A DNA stretch of 64,000 nt, from the NCBI GenBank assembly GCA_965205975.1, contig OZ242195.1, positions 3,136,001 to 3,200,000 on the forward strand. The letters run 5' to 3'. Under the pieces are notes generated by a model. That model saw only the letters and a list, made by a program, of their open reading frames with translations. It was not told the origin of the DNA and searched no databases. The translations under genes were made by a program, and so were the position numbers. Below, in pieces: positions 57,837-64,000 of the stretch; the stretch's first letter is position 1; every line of letters starts with the position of its first letter. This DNA is from Candidatus Latescibacterota bacterium. Lineage in GTDB: Bacteria > Latescibacterota > UBA2968.

Positions 57837-58682
57837 ATGGAACTACCCGACATACAGAACTCACCTGACAAACGCGGCATTGAAATCGACCAGGTCGGTG
57901 TATCCAATGTGCGCTATCCCCTGACCTTGCCGCTGCGCGATAATGGCGAATTTCACACAGTGGCCAATCTATCCATGACCGTGAGCTTACCCCACCATCA
58001 AAAGGGAACCCACATGTCGCGGTTTATGATTGCACTGAATGAACAACACAAACACTTTACACCTGACAGCGTACACATAGTACTCGAAGAAATGCTCGAA
58101 TTATTGGAAGCCGAAGAAGCGTTTCTCAGTATGGCATTTCCCATTTTTTTAACCCGCAAAGCACCTATCACGGGCATTGAAGGCATGCTGGACTACAACT
58201 GTGAATTTAAGGCAATGTTGACAAATGAAGGCCTGCAAGACAAGCTAATCGGCGTGCGTGCCAACGTGGCAAGCCTCTGCCCCTGCAGCAAAGAAATCAG
58301 CGACTACGGCGCGCACAATCAACGTTCCGAAATCACAATGGACGTGCGGCCTTATGAGGATGAATTTATCTGGTTTGAAGATTTGATCGACATTGGCGAA
58401 TACCATGCGTCGTGTCAACTCTATCCCATTTTGAAACGAACAGATGAAAAATACGTAACCGAGCGCGCATATAACAACCCCAAATTTGTCGAAGACATCG
58501 TGCGCGATGTGGCGACAGATTTGCTATCCATGATGGACGAAGAGCGCATCGCGTGGTTTTACGTATCGAGCAACAACTACGAAAGCATCCACAACCACGA
58601 TGCTTATGCCAAAATTGAGCGCGGCGTACGCGGTCCGTTATTGACGCACCGCAAAGAAGCGGAAAACGCGTTGATGGTCTAA
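57837..58682 (+). CDS. folE2: GTP cyclohydrolase IB
   Basis: KGTHMSRF, LCPCSK, AHNQRS, LKRTDEK, PKFVED, ESIHNHDA. Confidence 0.95.
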   Translation: MELPDIQNSPDKRGIEIDQVGVSNVRYPLTLPLRDNGEFHTVANLSMTVSLPHHQKGTHMSRFMIALNEQHKHFTPDSVHIVLEEMLELLEAEEAFLSMAFPIFLTRKAPITGIEGMLDYNCEFKAMLTNEGLQDKLIGVRANVASLCPCSKEISDYGAHNQRSEITMDVRPYEDEFIWFEDLIDIGEYHASCQLYPILKRTDEKYVTERAYNNPKFVEDIVRDVATDLLSMMDEERIAWFYVSSNNYESIHNHDAYAKIERGVRGPLLTHRKEAENALMV

Positions 58683-58698
58683 CAACATAAATTTTCTC

Positions 58699-58738
58699 AA
58701 AAAAAAGGGCCTATGAGGAAGACTCACAGGCCCTTTTT
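58699..58738. terminator. Bidirectional terminator
   Basis: aaaaagggcct..aggcccttttt between convergent genes. Confidence 0.75.
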
Positions 58739-58751
58739 ATTATTCATCACC

Positions 58752-59171
58752 CTATGCCGCTGTGGCAAGCGCGAGTTCGTGAATGCGCTTGACCATAGAG
58801 GCAAAGCCATTGGCGCGATTGATACTGAGGTGTTTGGCGAGATCGAGCTTTTGAAAAATGCTGCGAATATCAGCCGTGAGAATTTCCCGCGCGGTCTTGC
58901 CCGAATACAGCGACAACAAAATAGCGACCAGCCCCTTGACAATCTGCGCATCGCTATCTGCGCGAAATTCGATCACAGGGGGATCGCCATCTCGAACATC
59001 GGTCACGAGCCAAACCTGGCTCACACATCCCCGCACGAGATTGGTATCAATTTTGTATTCCTCATCAAAAGGCGGCAACTTGCGACCGAGTTCAATAATA
59101 TACCGGTAGCGATCTTCCCAATCTGTGAGAACATCAAAATTTTGCATAATGCGATCAATCGTAATATCCAT
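58752..59171 (-). CDS. sufE: SufE-family sulfur acceptor
   Basis: WEDRY..IIELG, V.GC.SQVW, SDA.IVKG, RANG. Confidence 0.92.
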   Translation of the reverse strand: MDITIDRIMQNFDVLTDWEDRYRYIIELGRKLPPFDEEYKIDTNLVRGCVSQVWLVTDVRDGDPPVIEFRADSDAQIVKGLVAILLSLYSGKTAREILTADIRSIFQKLDLAKHLSINRANGFASMVKRIHELALATAA

Positions 59172-59179
59172 AAAACCTC

Positions 59180-60151
59180 TCACCTCAACACCCGCGCAAT
59201 ATCGCGCGCAAAATAGGTCAGAATAAGATCTGCACCCGCGCGTTTAATACTCACCAGAACCTCGTCTCGCACCCGGTCTTCATCCAACCAACCATTTGCG
59301 AAAGCAGCTTTGAGCATCGCAAACTCGCCGCTGACATTGTAAGCGGCAACCGGCACGCCAAACTCTGTTTTCACCCGGTAAATAATATCCAGATAGGGCA
59401 ATGCGGGCTTGATCATAACGATATCCGCGCCCTCCTCAATATCCAGAGCCACCTCGCGCATGGCCTCGTCGCCATTTGCCGGATCCATCTGATAGGATCG
59501 GCGATCGCCAAATTGCGGCGCAGACTCTGCCGCTTCTCGAAATGGACCGTAAAAACCCGAGCAGTATTTAGCCGAATATGCCATGATGGGGATATGGTCA
59601 AACCCCTGGGCATCCAGAGCAGAGCGAATAGCCCCAACCCGACCATCCATCATATCCGAAGGCGCAACCATATCTACGCCCGCGCGAACATGGGAAAGGG
59701 ACTCCTCGACAAGGAGATCAACCGTTTCATCATTATCCACATCGTTATCCACAATCACACCGCAATGCCCGTGGTCCGTATATTCGCACAAACACACATC
59801 CGTAATCACATAGAGATCAGGCGTATGTTCTTTAATCTCAGCTATCGCACGCTGAATAATGCCATCATCGCAATAAGCCCCACTGCCCCGCGCATCCTTG
59901 TGATCGGGAATCCCAAAAAGAATCACCGCTGGAATACCCAGATCGGCAATTTCTCTACACGCCTCAACCGCGACATCTATCGACATCTGATGATTGCCCG
60001 GCATAGACCCGATTTCTTTCTTCACACTTCTGCCTGGACACACAAACAGGGGCATAATCAAATCGTCAACACGCACATGATTTTCGCGCACCATTCGGCG
60101 CGTGGTCTCGCTCCCGCGCAAACGGCGCATGCGGGTAATGGGAAAAGTCAT
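59180..60151 (-). CDS. hemB: Porphobilinogen synthase
   Basis: [36 protein letters not shown]. Confidence 0.97.
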   Translation of the reverse strand: MTFPITRMRRLRGSETTRRMVRENHVRVDDLIMPLFVCPGRSVKKEIGSMPGNHQMSIDVAVEACREIADLGIPAVILFGIPDHKDARGSGAYCDDGIIQRAIAEIKEHTPDLYVITDVCLCEYTDHGHCGVIVDNDVDNDETVDLLVEESLSHVRAGVDMVAPSDMMDGRVGAIRSALDAQGFDHIPIMAYSAKYCSGFYGPFREAAESAPQFGDRRSYQMDPANGDEAMREVALDIEEGADIVMIKPALPYLDIIYRVKTEFGVPVAAYNVSGEFAMLKAAFANGWLDEDRVRDEVLVSIKRAGADLILTYFARDIARVLR

Positions 60152-60164
60152 AAAAGCCTTTCTC

Positions 60165-61661
60165 TCACGCCAACTGCTTCACAGCTATCGTCCCTTCCGG
60201 CGCAGTGCGAACCTCATAGCCCGCGTCAATGAGTTCCTGCCGCAGGCGATCGGCAGTATCGTAATCTCTGGATGAACGGGCCTCGTCAATCTGTTTGCAA
60301 ATCGCCTCGCTGGTATCTGTCTCATCCGATGATTCAGCCTTGACATCGGCAATCCCCAGCACGCTATTGATCTTATCAAACACATCCAGTGCTTCTGACG
60401 GGTCATCCACCTCTTGCCCCATCCAATTATGCACCACAGCAAGCGCTGCACTGATATTGAGATCGCTGGACAGCGCACTCAGAAAATCGGCAACAACGGG
60501 ATGATCATTGCCGACCTCCGTCGCACCGCCATTCGCCGCCTGGGCAAGCCCCTGACCAAACTCGTGAAATCTTCGCACGGCATTGGCCGAATCACGAACA
60601 CCCTTTTGCGTAAAATTCGTCTGCGTGCGATAATGCGTCTTGATGAGTTCGTAACGCAAAACCGAAGGATGAACGGGACGCCCCGTTACTTTGCCCTCGA
60701 GCACATCGCGCACCGTAAAAAAATTGCCCTTGCTCTTGGACATCTTCTCGCCTTCAACCATTAAATAGCGCGGGTGAATCCAGTACCTGGCAAAATGCGA
60801 ATGCCCCGTCGCACAACACGACTGGGCAATCTCGCATTCGTGGTGTGGAAAAATATTATCCTCGCCCCCCGTGTGAATATCGATAACCTCGCGCCGCAGC
60901 ATCTTCATCGCCATAGCCGAACACTCGATATGCCAGCCCGGATACCCTTCACCCCAGGGAGAGGGCCATTTCATAATATGAGATGGATCGGGTTTCCACA
61001 AAAAGAAATCGGCGGGATTGCGCTTAATCGCCTGGTGTTCTTCAAGCACGCGCCCACCCGAACCCGCGATAAGTTGATCGAGATCATTGCCCGACAGACG
61101 ACCGTATTCGGGAAAAGATTCAACACTAAAATAAACCACACCATCATCGGCAACATAAGCGTGGCCCTTGTCCAACAGCTTCTGGATCATCACCTGTATG
61201 GCATCGATATGTTCCGTGGGACGCGGCATATTGCGCGGATAGTCGTGCGCCACTTTAATCCCCAGCAAACGCGCATCCTCGACAAATGCATCCGTAAAAT
61301 ACTGCGCCACCGCAAACGGATCATCGGGATTGGAAATCGCATCATCGGGCAACTTACCCGATTTCTTTTCCTCCTTGAGCTTGCGCGCAGCTACCGCAAT
61401 TTTGTCCTCGCCCGTCGCATCGGCCACATCGTCGTCCGTCATATGCCCCACATCGGTAATATTCATCACATGGGTAACATTATAACCGGCCAAATCGAGA
61501 AAACGTCGGAGTACATCGGAAAACAAAAAAGACTTAAAATTGCCGATATGGGCAAAATCGTACACCGTTGGACCACAGGAATACATCGCCACATTTGGAG
61601 GATCGAGCGGCTCAAAAATCTCTTCGCGATTCGTCAGCGTATTGTAAAATCGAATATCCAT
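60165..61661 (-). CDS. cysS: Cysteinyl-tRNA synthetase
   Basis: [28 protein letters not shown]. Confidence 0.97.
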   Translation of the reverse strand: MDIRFYNTLTNREEIFEPLDPPNVAMYSCGPTVYDFAHIGNFKSFLFSDVLRRFLDLAGYNVTHVMNITDVGHMTDDDVADATGEDKIAVAARKLKEEKKSGKLPDDAISNPDDPFAVAQYFTDAFVEDARLLGIKVAHDYPRNMPRPTEHIDAIQVMIQKLLDKGHAYVADDGVVYFSVESFPEYGRLSGNDLDQLIAGSGGRVLEEHQAIKRNPADFFLWKPDPSHIMKWPSPWGEGYPGWHIECSAMAMKMLRREVIDIHTGGEDNIFPHHECEIAQSCCATGHSHFARYWIHPRYLMVEGEKMSKSKGNFFTVRDVLEGKVTGRPVHPSVLRYELIKTHYRTQTNFTQKGVRDSANAVRRFHEFGQGLAQAANGGATEVGNDHPVVADFLSALSSDLNISAALAVVHNWMGQEVDDPSEALDVFDKINSVLGIADVKAESSDETDTSEAICKQIDEARSSRDYDTADRLRQELIDAGYEVRTAPEGTIAVKQLA

Positions 61662-61697
61662 AATCGAGTTCAAAAATAAACCGAGGTCATAATTTTG

Positions 61698-62444
61698 TCA
61701 ATTCTGAAGTCTTTTTCGACGGAAATTAATGAGATAAATCCCCGTAACCGCGAGACCAATACTGACCCACTGATGCACTGTAAGCCCCATAAAAACCTCG
61801 GGCGTGAGACGCACAAACTCGACAAAAAAGCGGGCAACAGCCATCAAAACGAGATAAAGACCAAAAACCATACCGGGCCTGAGACGATCGCGCAGAGCCA
61901 ACAGAATCCCGAAAATACAAACCATCTGAATCATCTCGTAAATCGGCGTCGGATGCACAAAATCGAGCGTAGGCACAAGACCATTGGGATAAGCCATACC
62001 CCAGGGCAAATCCGTGGGAATACCATAGCATCCATCGCCCGAAAGCTCACATCCTCCCCGCCCAAAAAAGTACCCCACCACAAGGGCAGGCGCAATCGCA
62101 TCCAGAGCGGGCCAATTGAGCGCGTTATACCGACGAAGCCAAAGGAGCACAGTCGCAGCCCCGCCCAAAAACCCGCCATACCAGGCCCAACCCACAGAGG
62201 AAAAAATCGTACCAAAAGGATCGGCCACAAAAGCGTGGGGATACTCAAAAACGTGAAAAATTTTACTCCCCACAATACCGCCAATCACAGCGGCAAACGC
62301 AATGCGGTCTGACAACGTGGGGTCAAGCCCCCGACGCCGAAACTCGCGCTTGAGCACCCACGACGCACAAATCAAACCAACCGCGAGCATCACGCCATAA
62401 ACACCGATGCGAAACGGACCATATTCAAAGAGAATTGGAGACAT
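61698..62444 (-). CDS. lgt: Prolipoprotein diacylglyceryl transferase
   Basis: YGVM, WYGG, GR.GC...GD, HPTPIYE, RF.VEF.R. Confidence 0.9.
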   Translation of the reverse strand: MSPILFEYGPFRIGVYGVMLAVGLICASWVLKREFRRRGLDPTLSDRIAFAAVIGGIVGSKIFHVFEYPHAFVADPFGTIFSSVGWAWYGGFLGGAATVLLWLRRYNALNWPALDAIAPALVVGYFFGRGGCELSGDGCYGIPTDLPWGMAYPNGLVPTLDFVHPTPIYEMIQMVCIFGILLALRDRLRPGMVFGLYLVLMAVARFFVEFVRLTPEVFMGLTVHQWVSIGLAVTGIYLINFRRKRLQN

Positions 62445-62452
62445 CGTATGTA

Positions 62453-63568
62453 TCAGACCTTCTCGAGCAAAAACAAAAACTCCCGGTTTGGTTCCTCTGC
62501 ATCCCTCAACCATTCATTCGTCCACTTCATCCCCGCCATCACATTCTTCTTGTAATTGAGCGCAACCACATCTACTATCTCGCCATTGCGCCGCATCACA
62601 TCGTTCAACCCCTTGGCAGTCGCCCGCCCCCCAGAACTGTACGACAGAATAATCCACCGCGCGCGCGTCGCCGCAATCAAATTCTCAATCGCCTCAACAG
62701 CAATAAAGCGCCCCTCATCGTTCCGCCGAAACGCCTCAAAAACAGAAGCCGCCACAGTATCCGACGTATCCTTGCGGCGATTGGCCTTCCCGAAAAGGGC
62801 TGGTTTATCGGCGCAAATCACACTCGTCCACACATGGTAATACGAAGCGTATCGCACCCGCGATGGCGGCATCTTCTCGTTATTCGATCCATAAGGCGGA
62901 TCGAAATACGCCAGATCAACAGATATATCGGGAACGAGATCAAAAATATCCCTCTGAAATACCCGATGTTCCCCCGATGATCGAAAAATACTCGGCACCT
63001 TCAGCACAAGCTCCTTATAAGAGCGAGGCGACCAGTCCTTCAGATAAGAAACAAAATGCCCCAAACTGCTATCCACGCGATCCAGCGCCAAAATCAGACT
63101 CGTCAGCGCCACAGCCTCATCAACCGGATCCAGCTTCAGCGCGTCGATCTCTCCTCGAATCGCGTCTAATTTACGGGTATTGTGGATCTGCCACGGCTTC
63201 TTGTGCCCATCCCGCTGTATCGCACATCCGTCATTGGCATAGCCCCCATAGTGCTCTGTGAACCACCCATCCACGGCCGAAAGCGCATTGAGATGATCGA
63301 TAAGCGGTTGATAATCCTCCCGCTTCTTCTTATTCAGCAAATAGCACGTCCCAAAAATCTTCGACCACACCGCAACATCATTGCAAACAACCGTATAACC
63401 CAGCCTCGCAAGCGCCTGCGACACCCTCGTCGTCCCCGAAAACCCATCCAAAATCGTCTTTGCATCAACCTTCTCAACCAATTGCAAAATATGCGGAAGA
63501 AGTTTCAACTTTGACCCCGCATATTTGATCCCCTCTGTGAAGGGCACATCGCAAGCGACTCGCATCAT
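62453..63568 (-). CDS. Orphan DNA adenine methyltransferase (D12/FokI-like)
   Basis: YAGSK, DGFSGT, YFDPPY, ILSYS. Confidence 0.88.
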   Translation of the reverse strand: MMRVACDVPFTEGIKYAGSKLKLLPHILQLVEKVDAKTILDGFSGTTRVSQALARLGYTVVCNDVAVWSKIFGTCYLLNKKKREDYQPLIDHLNALSAVDGWFTEHYGGYANDGCAIQRDGHKKPWQIHNTRKLDAIRGEIDALKLDPVDEAVALTSLILALDRVDSSLGHFVSYLKDWSPRSYKELVLKVPSIFRSSGEHRVFQRDIFDLVPDISVDLAYFDPPYGSNNEKMPPSRVRYASYYHVWTSVICADKPALFGKANRRKDTSDTVAASVFEAFRRNDEGRFIAVEAIENLIAATRARWIILSYSSGGRATAKGLNDVMRRNGEIVDVVALNYKKNVMAGMKWTNEWLRDAEEPNREFLFLLEKV

Positions 63569-63586
63569 GCTTTATCCCCATAAAAT

Positions 63587-64000
63587 TCACCTGGACAATT
63601 GACGAACCACAGTCGCGATTTCTTCGGCGGTATGAGACGGGCGAAAAAAGAAGCGCAAATCGCCGTTCTGGTCAATGAGATAGGTATAGAGGGAATGGTC
63701 AATGAGATACCCCGCCGCAGAACCCTGCTCGCCGATCTCATAGTGAGCCGCATAGCGTTTAACCACCGCATCAATACTATCCTGCACCCCTGTAAGACCA
63801 ATAGCTGGCACATCAAAATGCGACAAATAGGTTTTGAGCATTTGCGGGGAATCGCGCCCGGGATCAACACTCACAAAAAGCGTCCCCAGATCGCGTGCAT
63901 CCTCGCCTAAAATCGTATAAGCACTCGCAAGCCGCGCCATCGTTTGGGGACACGCATCGGGACAACTCGCATAGCCAAAAAAGAGAAGAAATGGACGCTG
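63587..64000 (-). CDS. SCO1/SenC family protein (5' end outside the window)
   Basis: FFGYASCPDACP, SVDP.RD, IDHS..YLID..G. Confidence 0.9.
   Translation of the reverse strand, partial: QRPFLLFFGYASCPDACPQTMARLASAYTILGEDARDLGTLFVSVDPGRDSPQMLKTYLSHFDVPAIGLTGVQDSIDAVVKRYAAHYEIGEQGSAAGYLIDHSLYTYLIDQNGDLRFFFRPSHTAEEIATVVRQLSR

Noticed and set aside
59180..60151. hemB as a Zn-independent paralog
   Set aside because: It retains the CxCx7C zinc-binding motif.
1..64000. tRNA or rRNA genes
   Set aside because: None recognised by eye in the intergenic regions; a tRNAscan/Infernal run would be needed to exclude them.

Overview
Bacterial chromosomal window of moderate GC. The C-terminal FlgD/T9SS-type sorting tail, the dockerin/EF-hand tail and the PhyH-type dioxygenases suggest an FCB-group organism such as Latescibacterota (inference only). 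Layout: (1) a frameshifted type I R-M hsdM at the left edge; (2) catabolic genes; (3) a minus-strand defence/toxin island at about 6.7-11.7 kb, built from cassettes joined at a repeated promoter-bearing higA-like 3' remnant; (4) housekeeping genes (rluA-like, psd, rimO, folA, thyA, purH with a ZTP riboswitch) and a MerR/sigma-70 operon with twin operators; (5) a roughly 14 kb zinc/metal-starvation island (Fur/Zur, COG0523, ZrgBCD-like ABC, MerC-like, CDF) containing a tandemly duplicated leader-peptide/lipoprotein/TonB-receptor unit; (6) a cobalamin-riboswitch B12 uptake/salvage operon split by a Cache-domain gene, hicB, a solo tnpB element and a hicA remnant; (7) rpmG/rpmB, hinT, yidD, folE2, sufE, hemB, cysS, lgt, an orphan adenine methyltransferase and a SCO protein. 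Best candidate for a new system: both duplicated His/CxxC leader ORFs end in a R(A/S)PP arrest-type motif, and their last codons are complementary over 13-14 nt to the Shine-Dalgarno region of the downstream lipoprotein gene. This suggests a metal-sensing ribosome-stalling translational switch. All product calls come from motif recognition by eye; no searches were run.
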